A stretch of DNA of 51,337 nt from Verrucomicrobiota bacterium (GCA_038209745.1 JBBQXJ010000029.1:1-51337); one strand, 5' to 3'; positions 37,570 to 47,424 are shown, numbered from the stretch's first letter. Program-made: numbers and translations. The notes: generated by a model not told the origin, from the sequence alone.

Positions 37570-40344
37570 ATGAACGCGACACAGGACTTCAGAGCGAAAG
37601 TGGAATCGGGATCATCGGCCTCTCGTGCTAGCTGCGGGAGGATCTTCCACCGTTTTTGGCTTCTCGTCGGTCTCGCCGGGTCCTTCCTGCTTCCGCGGAT
37701 CCAGCCCATTTCCGCCGCTGAATCCCTGACTTCGCCCGAAAGGATTCCCCTTTGGCCAGACCAAGCGCCGATCGGCGATGGTCAGAGCGAAACCGCCAAC
37801 GCTTTCATCACCGTTTTCCATCCAGCCGTCACGAACGGCGCTGCCGTGGTGATCTGCCCGGGCGGAGGCTACGGAGGACTGGTCACCGGACCCGAAGGCA
37901 GCGGGATCGCCCGCTGGCTCAACGAGCATGGCGTCACCGGAATCGTCCTTGAATATCGTCTTCCGCACGGCCGCCCGTTTGTTCCGCTGCTCGATGCCCA
38001 ACGGGCCATTCGCACGGTCCGCGCCCGGGCCCAGGAATGGGGCTGCGACCCCGCGCGCGTCGGCATCATCGGATTCTCAGCCGGAGGACATTTGGCGGCG
38101 ACCGCCGCCACGCATTTCGACCCGGGCGATGCTCGGGCTACGGATGCGATTGAGCGCATCGGCAGCCGGCCCGACTTCGCGATCCTGATCTATCCCGTCA
38201 TCACCATGGGCGAGAAGACCCACCAAGGATCGAAAGCCAATCTCCTCGGGCCGGATCCCACTCCGGAAATCGTCGGACAATTCTCCAATGAGCTTCAAGT
38301 CACCGGGCAGACGCCACCGACGTTCCTCGCGCACGCCTTGGACGACACCGTGGTGACGGTCGAGAACAGCCAAATCTTCTACCAAGCGTTGCAGACCCAC
38401 CAGGTTCGCACCCGCTTGCTTGAACTACCGTCCGGCGGACACGGGCTTAACGGCTACAAAGGACCGTCATGGGATACATGGCAGACCGAGTCCTTGCAGT
38501 GGCTCGCTGCACTCAAAATGATCCCGCGCCAAGCAACTCCGGGCGGCGCTCGTTCCTTTGCCGAAATCTCCTTCCCAGGCTTCCAAACGCTTGCCGCCGG
38601 AGCCCAACAGGTCCGCCTGCTGCCCGGACAGAGCGGGTTCGTTTTCACCCTCTATGGCGCGCCTGGTGAACTGGACAAAGTCGAGCAGCTCGTAGAAGTC
38701 ATGGGTCGCGAGCATCTTGGCAATGGCTTTGATCCGGGGCCAAGTCCGCGTCCGGATTCGACGGCGCTCGTCCACTACCTGACCAAGCTCGGGTGGCCGG
38801 TCGTGTTCTATTCCGGCGGGGAAATGCAGATCAGAGGCGGACGCTCCGTCTTCGGCCACGAGATGGAAACAGCCTTGGCGCCGATGGATCGGGCCGGTGT
38901 CTTCAATGCGTATCAGCTCGGTGAATGGGGCTACTACTTCCACAATCTCGCCCCCAACGAGTCCTGGTGGCACGACGTCTACGGCAAGGATTTCGATGCC
39001 TACAAGCACCTCATGAAACCGAACGGTCTGGCCGGCTATGACCGCCGCCCTGCCACTCGCCGGGAATGCTACGAGGTGGTCAAAGACTACTTCATGAGCC
39101 GGAAGCATGATCTGCTCGACCGCGTGATCAGCGTGACGGGGCATTCGCACTACGAGGCCTACGTCGGGGAATGGGGAGCGCGGTGCATCGGGCTGGAAGT
39201 GGGCGAAAACATCGCCTTCACCCAGTCGAAGCTGGCGTTTGCTCGCGGCGCCTCGCGCCAATGGCGGACGCCTTGGTCCGTCCAGGTGAGCCCGTGGTTT
39301 TCCGGGGCGTGCACGACGAGCGGGCCACTCCGGACAGAGGGTCATGACGCCCGCGGCTTGGATGCGGGGCATTCGTTGAGCTTCTACGAAAGGATGTGGC
39401 TCCACGGCTGGTTCGCCGGAGCCGCGATGGTCACGCCCGAAAACAGCATCGCCATCTTCTTCGAAAAACCGGAAGCCCCTTGGAACCTGACGTCGCACGG
39501 TCGAAAGGCGGCGGAGGTGTTCCAGTTCATGCAGGGGCACGACCGGGGCATCCCCTACACCCCGGTGGCCGTGGTCCTCGACCATCTCGCCGGCTACAAC
39601 GCCTACATGGACAAACCCTGGGGCATCCTGGATCCGACGCCGGGTGATCGGGAGATCCGCGATCTCTTCGATCACCAGTTGTTCCCCGGCAGCGACCACA
39701 TCCATGCGAAGCCGGATCCGATGAAGCCCGAAGTCAGCTATCTGCGACCAACCCCGTTCGGCGAAATCTTCGACGTGCTGTTGACCAGTGTGCCTCCTGG
39801 CGTTCTGCCCACGTATCCAGTCATCCTCCTCGCCGGAGACATCGAATTCGACCGCGCCTTTCTCGGAGAACTTGAAAACGCGCTTCGCCATGGAAGCCGC
39901 CTTCTGATGTCGGCCCGTCAACGAGAATCGCTGGGAGCCGACTTTGCGCGCCTCGCAGCCGAGGGCGAAGTGGAGGTCCTGGAATCTTGGACGAACCCGG
40001 CCACCGCCCGGCCGACGGCCATTTCAAACGACCGTCTCGGACGATTGGTGAAAGAACTCCTTCCATTTGAGGTCGCCGGAGACGCTATTCAATACGAGAT
40101 CAACCGCACTCCCAACGGTTGGGTCGTCGAACTCGTCAACAACCGGGGGGTGGTGAAAAAGCCGAGCCAGCCGGCAACCACAGATTCGACCGCGACGGCC
40201 CGAATCCGTCTGCAGCCGAAAGTGTCTGTCCGATCAGTGAACGAGTGGCGCTCCGGCCGGAAACAACTCCGAGGCGAACCGATCGAGATCGAAGTCGGAC
40301 CGGGCGCGGTGGAGTTTGTCGAGTTTCTGGAGCCGACGAAGTAG
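37570..40344 (+). CDS. Alpha/beta hydrolase (BD-FAE/xylan esterase-like) fused to a ~600-aa unassigned domain
   Basis: ICPGGGY, YRLP, DAQRAIR, GFSAGGHLA, RPDF.ILIYPVI, DD.VV, GGHG in the first ~320 aa. Confidence 0.8.
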   Translation: MNATQDFRAKVESGSSASRASCGRIFHRFWLLVGLAGSFLLPRIQPISAAESLTSPERIPLWPDQAPIGDGQSETANAFITVFHPAVTNGAAVVICPGGGYGGLVTGPEGSGIARWLNEHGVTGIVLEYRLPHGRPFVPLLDAQRAIRTVRARAQEWGCDPARVGIIGFSAGGHLAATAATHFDPGDARATDAIERIGSRPDFAILIYPVITMGEKTHQGSKANLLGPDPTPEIVGQFSNELQVTGQTPPTFLAHALDDTVVTVENSQIFYQALQTHQVRTRLLELPSGGHGLNGYKGPSWDTWQTESLQWLAALKMIPRQATPGGARSFAEISFPGFQTLAAGAQQVRLLPGQSGFVFTLYGAPGELDKVEQLVEVMGREHLGNGFDPGPSPRPDSTALVHYLTKLGWPVVFYSGGEMQIRGGRSVFGHEMETALAPMDRAGVFNAYQLGEWGYYFHNLAPNESWWHDVYGKDFDAYKHLMKPNGLAGYDRRPATRRECYEVVKDYFMSRKHDLLDRVISVTGHSHYEAYVGEWGARCIGLEVGENIAFTQSKLAFARGASRQWRTPWSVQVSPWFSGACTTSGPLRTEGHDARGLDAGHSLSFYERMWLHGWFAGAAMVTPENSIAIFFEKPEAPWNLTSHGRKAAEVFQFMQGHDRGIPYTPVAVVLDHLAGYNAYMDKPWGILDPTPGDREIRDLFDHQLFPGSDHIHAKPDPMKPEVSYLRPTPFGEIFDVLLTSVPPGVLPTYPVILLAGDIEFDRAFLGELENALRHGSRLLMSARQRESLGADFARLAAEGEVEVLESWTNPATARPTAISNDRLGRLVKELLPFEVAGDAIQYEINRTPNGWVVELVNNRGVVKKPSQPATTDSTATARIRLQPKVSVRSVNEWRSGRKQLRGEPIEIEVGPGAVEFVEFLEPTK

Positions 40345-40356
40345 GGCTTTCTCTGG

Positions 40357-41736
40357 TCAGAATCCCAGCAGCTGTTTGCCGATCAAGCCCAAGACCCCGG
40401 CCCCGAGGACGACGGGAATGATGCCCCACTTCCATCGCGTCATCCCGATGAAGGCGACTACGCTGACGGCCAGGCCGAACCAGTTAACCGGTTGACCGGC
40501 CGGAACCAGCGCGTGGAGACCGAACCAGACCGCTAGGTTCATCACGACGCCCACCACCGACGCCGTGATCGCAGAAAGCACGGCGGTCATCCGCACGTTG
40601 CCGCGCAACCGCTCGATATGCGGCGCGCCGAGCAGGATCCAGAGGAAGCACGGGAGGAAGGTGGTCCACGTGGTGATCGCTGCGCCAAGCGTCGCCGTGA
40701 GGAGCGGCGAAAATGGTTCGTGGAACTTCCAGCCTCCGAGGAAACCGACAAACTGCAGCACCATCACCAACGGTCCCGGAGTCGTCTCGGCCAGCCCCAA
40801 TCCATCCATCATCTGGCCGGCGGACAACCAGCCGTAGTGGCCGACGGCTTCCTGGGACACGTAGGGCAAAACGGCATAGGCGCCGCCGAAAGTCACCATC
40901 GACGCCTTGCTGAAGAAAAGCCCCTGTTGGAACAGCACATGATCGCGCCCCAACCATGCGCCAATGGCGGCGACCGGTCCCCACCACAGGGCAAGGCAAA
41001 CGGCGGTGACCTTGAATGCACGCTTCCACGATGGCCGCGCATGGCTCGGAACGGCCGTGTCGTCGTCCAAGACCGAGGAAGCCGACCCACCCGATGCATG
41101 TCCCTTGAGCACGACGAACTTTTTCCGCCACCACTTTTGCCCCGCGAATCCCAGCAACCCCGCCCCAATTACGATGATTGGGAACGGCACCTTGACAAAG
41201 TAGATGGCCACGAACGCGACGCCCGCCAGACCCCACATCACCTCGTTTTTCAGAGCCTTCCGGCCAATGCGGATGACCGCGCCGACCACGATCGCGAGGA
41301 CGGCCGGCTTCAGCCCGTCGAACACCGCCGCCACCCAGGCCACGTTGCCCCAGGTCACATAGACGACGCCCAGTCCCCAGAGAATGAACGCGGAGGGCAG
41401 GACGAAGAGCGCGCCGGCCACCACGCCTCCCCACGTCCGATGCAACAACCAGCCGATGTAGATGGCCAACTGCTGTGCCTCCGGCCCGGGCAGCAGCATG
41501 CAATAGTTCAACGCATGGAGGAACCGGCTCTCCCCGATCCACCGTTTCTTCTCCACCAGTTCGGTGTGCATGACCGCGATCTGGCCGGTGGGTCCACCGA
41601 AACTGATGAAGCCCAGTTTCAGCCAGAAGCGGAACGCCTCGGCGAACGTGGGATGGATCGGCGGCGCGGGAGCGCACGCTGACGAATTCTCCTGGAGAGA
41701 AGCGGGGGTCGGGGTGTTGGAGTCGCTTTTGTCCAT
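40357..41736 (-). CDS. chrA: Chromate efflux transporter (long-chain CHR)
   Basis: FWLKLGFISFGGP.GQIA, LNYCMLLPGPEAQQL; second domain TFGGAYAVL, LAETTPGP. Confidence 0.95.
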   Translation of the reverse strand: MDKSDSNTPTPASLQENSSACAPAPPIHPTFAEAFRFWLKLGFISFGGPTGQIAVMHTELVEKKRWIGESRFLHALNYCMLLPGPEAQQLAIYIGWLLHRTWGGVVAGALFVLPSAFILWGLGVVYVTWGNVAWVAAVFDGLKPAVLAIVVGAVIRIGRKALKNEVMWGLAGVAFVAIYFVKVPFPIIVIGAGLLGFAGQKWWRKKFVVLKGHASGGSASSVLDDDTAVPSHARPSWKRAFKVTAVCLALWWGPVAAIGAWLGRDHVLFQQGLFFSKASMVTFGGAYAVLPYVSQEAVGHYGWLSAGQMMDGLGLAETTPGPLVMVLQFVGFLGGWKFHEPFSPLLTATLGAAITTWTTFLPCFLWILLGAPHIERLRGNVRMTAVLSAITASVVGVVMNLAVWFGLHALVPAGQPVNWFGLAVSVVAFIGMTRWKWGIIPVVLGAGVLGLIGKQLLGF

Positions 41737-41917
41737 GATGCGTGTCTCGCCACGCCACCGGGATCCTGCAAAGTCCGGACGGGGAAAGCAAAGTCCGGCC
41801 GTTCAGGAATATTCCCCTTCCGTGGCCGCTCCCACGCCACGGCGCGTGCCGGTCGGAACGTCATCGGCTCAAGGTTCGGTTGGGTGAAAACCCTCGTCCG
41901 AATCAAGCTCCTGGCAG

Positions 41918-42736
41918 ATGGTTCCGCCGACGGTTCAACTACTCATGATAGCCGACTACTTGGTGCGGTCCGCCCTGCTGTTGGTCTTGTTCCTCGGCCT
42001 GGCATCCGGCCCCGCGGAAGCCGTGTCCTTCGATCATCGGCACTCCACACTCACCGCCATCCTCACGAACGAAGTCCACAACGGCCGGGTCGACTACGCG
42101 TCGCTGAAAAAGAGCCCGGCCGCCCTCGAACGCTATCTCGACACCCTGGCCGCCGTCCTCAGGACCGATTTCGACCAATGGAACGAGGACCAGCGCCTGG
42201 CCTTCCTGATCAATCTCTACAACGCGACCACGCTCAGGCTGATCGTCGACCACTACCCCGTCGCGAGCATCAAGGACATCGGCGGTTTCTTCGGCAGTCC
42301 CTGGAAACAGAAGGTCGTCCACGTCTTTGGAACCACCACCACCTTGGACGCCGTCGAAAACGAGATGATCCGGCGCGACCACCACGAACCCCGCGTGCAT
42401 TTCGCTCTGGTCTGTGCGGCCAAGGGCTGCCCGCCTCTGAGGTCGGAGGCCTATACGGCCGATCGGCTCGGCCTCCAGTTGGACGACCAGGCCCGGACGT
42501 TCCTTGCCCAACCGGAGAAGAACCGGATCGAGGTCGAGGCGCGTGTCGCCCATCTGTCGCCGATCTTCAAATGGTATGCGGAGGACTTTGAAAAGAAGTC
42601 GGGGGCCGCCCTCAAATTCATTGAACCGTTCCTTCCTGAAAAGCAGCGCCTTGCCGTGGCCAAGGGCGGCTTCAAGGTCCGCTTCACCGACTACGACTGG
42701 TCCTTGAACGATCAACCGAAAACCGCCAACCCATGA
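41918..42736 (+). CDS. DUF547 domain-containing secreted protein
   Basis: G.VDY, LAFLINLYNA.T, EPRVHFALVCAAKGCPPL, LS.IFKWY.EDF, YDWSLN; start 41918 or 41945. Confidence 0.92.
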   Translation: MVPPTVQLLMIADYLVRSALLLVLFLGLASGPAEAVSFDHRHSTLTAILTNEVHNGRVDYASLKKSPAALERYLDTLAAVLRTDFDQWNEDQRLAFLINLYNATTLRLIVDHYPVASIKDIGGFFGSPWKQKVVHVFGTTTTLDAVENEMIRRDHHEPRVHFALVCAAKGCPPLRSEAYTADRLGLQLDDQARTFLAQPEKNRIEVEARVAHLSPIFKWYAEDFEKKSGAALKFIEPFLPEKQRLAVAKGGFKVRFTDYDWSLNDQPKTANP

Positions 42737-43449
42737 GCACCGCCGCTCCCTCTCGGCCGACCTCCACCTGGATCCGATGGCTCGTGCTCGGTGTCGTCGC
42801 GGCCGCCGTGATTGCCGCCTTCGTTTTCTTCGACATCCGGCGACTCCTTCAACAGACGCTCGACGGTCTCCAATCGCTGGGTCCGTGGGGACCGGTGTTG
42901 TTCATCCTGATCTACGTCGTCGCGACCGTGCTTCTGATTCCTGGATCCGTGTTGACCCTCGGCGCGGGCACCCTCTTCGACGTGGTCTGGGGCTCGGTCT
43001 ATGTCTCCATTGCCGCGACACTTGGGGCTACGGCTGCGTTTTTGATCGGCCGCTATTCCGCCCGCGAGTGGGTCGCGGCCAAGATCGCGGGCAGCAAAGC
43101 CTTCGCCGCCATCGACCGCGCCGTCGCCGCCGAGGGCTGGAAGATCGTCGGACTGACCCGCTTGTCTCCGGTGTTTCCATTCACTCTGCTGAACTACGCC
43201 TTCGGTTTGACCCAAGTATCGCTCCGCCACTACGTGCTCGCCTCCTGGATCGGGATGATGCCCGGGACGGTCATGTACGTGTATCTCGGCTCCATCGCCC
43301 GCCTCGGAGCCACGGGCGCCGAGCTGACCACGGGCCAGCGAGTGCTCTACGGCGTCGGTCTCGCGGCGACTCTTGCCGTGACCATTGTCATCACCCGCAT
43401 CGCCCGCCGGGCCTTGGCGAAACGGGCCGATCTCCCTGTCAAACCATGA
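42733..43449 (+). CDS. TVP38/TMEM64 (DedA/VTT) family membrane protein
   Basis: PGSVLTLGAG.LF, GATAAFLIGRY, LTRLSPVFPF..LNYAFGLT; overlaps the upstream stop (ATGA). Confidence 0.93.
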   Translation: MSTAAPSRPTSTWIRWLVLGVVAAAVIAAFVFFDIRRLLQQTLDGLQSLGPWGPVLFILIYVVATVLLIPGSVLTLGAGTLFDVVWGSVYVSIAATLGATAAFLIGRYSAREWVAAKIAGSKAFAAIDRAVAAEGWKIVGLTRLSPVFPFTLLNYAFGLTQVSLRHYVLASWIGMMPGTVMYVYLGSIARLGATGAELTTGQRVLYGVGLAATLAVTIVITRIARRALAKRADLPVKP

Positions 43450-44972
43450 TCGCCCCCACCCCCTCCGCTCCCCCGATGCAACCGTGGGACGTCCATAACC
43501 AGCGACTGCTCGCCCATGTCCATCCGCCCGATTGGACCAATCCCTCCCCCGCCCCGCGCTACAACCTCGTCGTCATCGGCGGCGGCACCGCGGGTTTGGT
43601 GAGCGCCAGCATCGCGGCCGGACTCGGCGGTAAAGTGGCGTTGATCGAACGGCACCTCCTCGGCGGCGACTGTCTCAACGTCGGCTGTGTCCCCTCCAAG
43701 GCGCTGATCCGCGCGGCCCGCGCCGCGACCGAAGCCCGTCAGGCGGGCCGATTCGGCGTTCGCACCGGAGAAGTCACCGTGGATTTCGCGGCCGTCATGG
43801 AGCGGATGCGCCGGCTCCGCGCCGACATCAGCCCGCATGATTCGGCCGCACGGTTCCGGGATCTCGGCGTGGACGTGTTCATCGGTGATGGCCGGTTCGT
43901 GGGTCCGGATTCGATCCAGGTTGGAGACCAGGTTCTGCGCTTCAGCAAGGCCGTCATCGCCACCGGGGCCCGCGCCGCTGCGCCGCCGATTCCAGGCATC
44001 GCGGAAGTTCCCTATCTGACGAACGAGACCCTCTTCTCCCTGACCGAGCTGCCCCGGCGCTTCGGCATCATCGGCGCCGGGCCCATCGGGTGTGAGATGG
44101 CCCAGTGCTTCGCGCGCTTCGGCTCCGAGGTCTTCCTGGTGGAGACCGATCATGGCGTGCTCCCGAAGGAGGATCGCGACGCGGCCGGGATCGTTCGCCA
44201 GGCGCTGCTCCGCGACGGGGTGAAGATCCTCGGACACGGGAAGGAAGTGAAGGTCTCTCCGGGCGAAGACGGAATCCATCTGCGGGCCGGATCGGGCAAC
44301 GGCGGCTACGACATCGCGGTGGACCAGTTGCTGGTGGCCGCGGGTCGCGCTCCGAACGTCGAAGGGCTCGGCCTCGAAAGCGCCGGAGTGTCTTTCGACA
44401 AGAGCGGCGTCACCGTCGACGACCGCCTCCGGACCACCAACCCAAAAATCTACGCCTGCGGCGATGTCTGCTCCCGTTTCCAGTTCACCCACGCCGCCGA
44501 TTTCATGGCGCGGATGGTCGTCCAGAACGCCCTGTTCAAGGGGCGTAAACGCGCGAGCGCCCTGCTCATCCCGTGGAGCACCTATACCTCGCCGGAGATC
44601 GCGCAGGTCGGGCTGAACGCGGCCGAAGCGGAGGCCCAGGGCGTCGCGGTGGACACCTACACCCAGGAGATGGCGAAGGTCGACCGGGCCATTCTCGACG
44701 ACGAAACCGAGGGCTTCGTCCGGGTCCACGTCGCCAAGGGCACCGGCCGCATCGTCGGCGCCACCATCGTGGCGGCCCATGCCGGGGAGATGATCTCCGA
44801 ACTGACGCTGGCGATGAACGGGAAGCTCGGTCTCGGAAGGCTCGGCGCCTCCATCCATCCCTACCCGACCCAGACCGAAGCCGTCCGCAAGCTCGGCGAT
44901 CTCTACAGCCGCACCCGCCTCACCCCCTTCGTGAAGAGGCTCTTCAACAAGTGGCTCGCCTGGCAGCGGTGA
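43446..44972 (+). CDS. Mercuric reductase-like pyridine nucleotide-disulfide oxidoreductase (not canonical MerA)
   Basis: HP.DW.NP.P..RYNLVVIGGG.AG, GGDCLNVGCVPSK, IHPYPT; no HMA domain or C-terminal Cys-Cys; ATGA overlap with the TVP38 gene. Confidence 0.88.
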   Translation: MIAPTPSAPPMQPWDVHNQRLLAHVHPPDWTNPSPAPRYNLVVIGGGTAGLVSASIAAGLGGKVALIERHLLGGDCLNVGCVPSKALIRAARAATEARQAGRFGVRTGEVTVDFAAVMERMRRLRADISPHDSAARFRDLGVDVFIGDGRFVGPDSIQVGDQVLRFSKAVIATGARAAAPPIPGIAEVPYLTNETLFSLTELPRRFGIIGAGPIGCEMAQCFARFGSEVFLVETDHGVLPKEDRDAAGIVRQALLRDGVKILGHGKEVKVSPGEDGIHLRAGSGNGGYDIAVDQLLVAAGRAPNVEGLGLESAGVSFDKSGVTVDDRLRTTNPKIYACGDVCSRFQFTHAADFMARMVVQNALFKGRKRASALLIPWSTYTSPEIAQVGLNAAEAEAQGVAVDTYTQEMAKVDRAILDDETEGFVRVHVAKGTGRIVGATIVAAHAGEMISELTLAMNGKLGLGRLGASIHPYPTQTEAVRKLGDLYSRTRLTPFVKRLFNKWLAWQR

Positions 44973-44991
44973 CCTCCTCCGCCGGAAGACG

Positions 44992-46287
44992 TCACCGCGC
45001 CTGCTCCGCCTCACGGATCATCGCCTCGAACACGGAAAGACTGCGGGCTCCCACAAACCGGCGGCGCACCACGCCTTCCGCGTCGATCAAGATGGTCGTC
45101 GGGAGTTCGCCGCCGTTGTAGAGACCGCCCACGGCATTCTTCTCATCCAATAGAACGGGATAGTTGAGGCCCCGCGTCTGCACCGCGCGGAGAACCTTTC
45201 GCCGGATCTCCGCAAGTCCGTCGGACGCCTCGGGTTCATCGTCATGGTGGCCGGTTGCGGCATCGTGTCCGCCGATATGCCCATGGCTGTCGGGCACGTA
45301 GTCCAGCGAGACGCCCACGATGGCGAGCCGGTCCCCGTGGCTTCGCTGGAGGGCGATGAGCTCCGGCATCTCGGCCACGCAGGCCGTGCACCACGTCGTC
45401 CAGAAATTGATGAGGACGACCCGTCCCTTGAAGGCCGAAAGACGAACCGGGTTTCCCGCCATGTCCTTCAGAGAAAAATCCGGCGCCATGACCCGGCCCG
45501 GCTTGGGCAGCGACGCAACAAAGCCGGCGAGGTCGACGTGGGAAAACCGATCCCGGTTGGCCGCCCACCAGCCCCGGGCCTTGTCGACTCCCGCTTGGAC
45601 TTTTTCCAGGCTCCCGGCCTGAAATTCCTTGAGACCGGTCGTCGCGTTTTCCGTCTGGGCGGTGACCGAGAGACGGACTCCGAATTCCTGCCCCGACCAG
45701 TTCTCGGCCAGCTTGAGGCTCATTCCGACCACCCGCAGATCGGGGTCCGACAACAGGGACATCACGACCGGCATCCCCGTGTCCGCCGCGACCGCCCGTC
45801 GAAGGTGCTGCAATCCGAGGAGCTTGAGCTCGGGATCCGCTTCGCGCAGTTGCCGGACGACGGCGGCCGAAAACAGGGGGGCCTGGAGGGTGGACAAAGC
45901 GCCCAGCGCGGACTCCCGCACGTTCATGTCGGCGTCGACCGCTCCCTCCAACAAGAGAGCCTCCACCGCCGGAGAGATGGCCAAACCACGCCGCACTCTC
46001 TTGGAAGCCTCCTGCATCGCGACTTCCCGGTGAACGATCCGGCCTGTCCTCCAGTTTTCCACGATCGCGGCGAACGGATCGGAGCTCCGGTCAATCGCCT
46101 CCTCCAACACCTCCCGCGAGGGTGACGGGTTCAACAACACCACCCGCGCAACGATCCAGTCCTGGATGGGCGCGCGAAACGCCCACAGGGCGATCGCACC
46201 GGCAAGAATCCCCCCCAACCCGAGGGCGCGCCGAGGAGCCCGAAAGCCGGGCCGGATGCGGCCCGGTGGTTCAATGGGTGGAGTCAT
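44992..46287 (-). CDS. Membrane-anchored HEAT-repeat + TlpA-family redoxin
   Basis: N-terminal TM segment; helical repeats; APDFSL, INFWTTWCTACVAEMP, LPTT.LID. Confidence 0.85.
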   Translation of the reverse strand: MTPPIEPPGRIRPGFRAPRRALGLGGILAGAIALWAFRAPIQDWIVARVVLLNPSPSREVLEEAIDRSSDPFAAIVENWRTGRIVHREVAMQEASKRVRRGLAISPAVEALLLEGAVDADMNVRESALGALSTLQAPLFSAAVVRQLREADPELKLLGLQHLRRAVAADTGMPVVMSLLSDPDLRVVGMSLKLAENWSGQEFGVRLSVTAQTENATTGLKEFQAGSLEKVQAGVDKARGWWAANRDRFSHVDLAGFVASLPKPGRVMAPDFSLKDMAGNPVRLSAFKGRVVLINFWTTWCTACVAEMPELIALQRSHGDRLAIVGVSLDYVPDSHGHIGGHDAATGHHDDEPEASDGLAEIRRKVLRAVQTRGLNYPVLLDEKNAVGGLYNGGELPTTILIDAEGVVRRRFVGARSLSVFEAMIREAEQAR

Positions 46288-46359
46288 GCAGTGGGGAAAG
46301 GCTTGACCGGGAATGCCCCGTGGGATTGTTCCACACCGTAGACAATCAAAAGGGCGGTT

Positions 46360-47334
46360 CTATTCCATCGCACCGAGGCCGTTGCCACCTTTGGCCACCA
46401 CGCCGGTGCAGCTGCTGCCGCTGCCGGCCGTGCAGGCCAGACAATGCTCGCCCGTCTGGATCGTCCGCCCGGCCAGCGACTCCGGTGTCACGTCCCAGAG
46501 GAACTGCGGCCGGCCATTCCGAAGCTGCATCCCGAGCATCTGGTTGAAGTCGCAGTCGTAGACCTCGCCCTTCCAACCGACGCTGATCGTCGTCCGGCAC
46601 ATCAGTCCGTCCACCGTTCCCGGATTGAAGCTGTTCGCCAGCAGTTCCAGATAGGAGTCCCACTCGCCGCGTTGCCGCAGATCCTCGGCGAAGCGCGCGA
46701 TGGGCTGGTTCGTGATCGTGAACAGGCCGCTGAACTCGATGCCGAAGCGTTCCCGCAGCTCGACCTTGTAGTCGGCTTCCAGCTCGGCCTGGGGCGGCGG
46801 CAACTTGGTTCCCTGTGGGTTGTAGACCAGATGGAGCGGCAACTCCCGGCCGTAGCCGACGGCGTTCAGCTTCTTCAGCGCCGCGATGCTCTTCTGGAAA
46901 ACGCCGTCACCGCGCTGACCATCGACGTTCTCCTCCAGGTAGCACGGCAACGACGCGACCACTTCCACCCGATGCGCCGCCAGATACTCGGGAAGCCACC
47001 GGAAGGCGTCGGTCTCGATGATCGTGAGGTTGTTCCGATCAATGACCCGCGACCCGACCGAGCGGGCCGTTTCGACGAAGTAGCGGAAATGGTCGCTCAG
47101 TTCCGGAGCACCTCCGGTGATGTCCACCACCGCCGGCCGATGCGTCTCGATCCACTCGCCGACCCGGCGCGCGGTCGCTTCGTCCATCATCTCCGTCCGC
47201 CAAGGCGCGGCGTCCACGTGGCAATGGCGGCAAGCCTGGTTGCACTTGCGGCCGACATTGATCTGGAGCGTCTGGAGGCCGGACCGTTCCAGGACCAATC
47301 CGGACTCAGTCAGCTTTTCGTCGAATCGGTTCAT
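46360..47334 (-). CDS. arsS: Arsenosugar biosynthesis-type radical SAM protein ArsS (radical SAM/Cys-rich, DUF3641)
   Basis: LQINVG.KCNQACRHCHV, DITGGAPE, ASLPCY, LMCR, YDCDFNQML, HCLACTAGSGSSC; ATG at 47334. Confidence 0.92.
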   Translation of the reverse strand: MNRFDEKLTESGLVLERSGLQTLQINVGRKCNQACRHCHVDAAPWRTEMMDEATARRVGEWIETHRPAVVDITGGAPELSDHFRYFVETARSVGSRVIDRNNLTIIETDAFRWLPEYLAAHRVEVVASLPCYLEENVDGQRGDGVFQKSIAALKKLNAVGYGRELPLHLVYNPQGTKLPPPQAELEADYKVELRERFGIEFSGLFTITNQPIARFAEDLRQRGEWDSYLELLANSFNPGTVDGLMCRTTISVGWKGEVYDCDFNQMLGMQLRNGRPQFLWDVTPESLAGRTIQTGEHCLACTAGSGSSCTGVVAKGGNGLGAME

Positions 47335-47343
47335 TTGAAAACA

Positions 47344-47424
47344 CCCTGACGACTCCAGCCCAGCGACCCGGCTCACGGATTGCAACCGCGACGCTCATGC
47401 CGGGTTATGCAGCGCATGTTTAGG
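47344..47424 (-). mobile_element. Degenerate attC recombination site
   Basis: Minus strand CCTAAAC-ATGC-GCTGCAT-AACCCGGC...GCCGGGTCG-CTGGGC-TGGAGTC-GTCAGGG: R''/L''...L'/R' layout with central ACCCGGC/GCCGGGT stem; the ORF stop lies in R''. Confidence 0.7.

Noticed and set aside
41768..41800. RNase P RNA or guanidine riboswitch suggested by AAAGTCCGG
   Set aside because: The rest of the RNase P core and paired ACGR-loop hairpins are absent; treated as a direct repeat instead.
42777..44972. 731-aa ORF suggesting a TVP38-oxidoreductase fusion
   Set aside because: The first 223 codons are an off-frame Arg-rich shadow of the TVP38 gene; the real start at 43446 overlaps the TVP38 stop (ATGA).
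43446..44972. merA mercury resistance gene
   Set aside because: No N-terminal HMA domain, no C-terminal Cys-Cys pair and no mer operon genes nearby.
46360..47334. Selenocysteine form of ArsS
   Set aside because: The C-terminal GSSC motif is encoded as Cys and there is no in-frame TGA.
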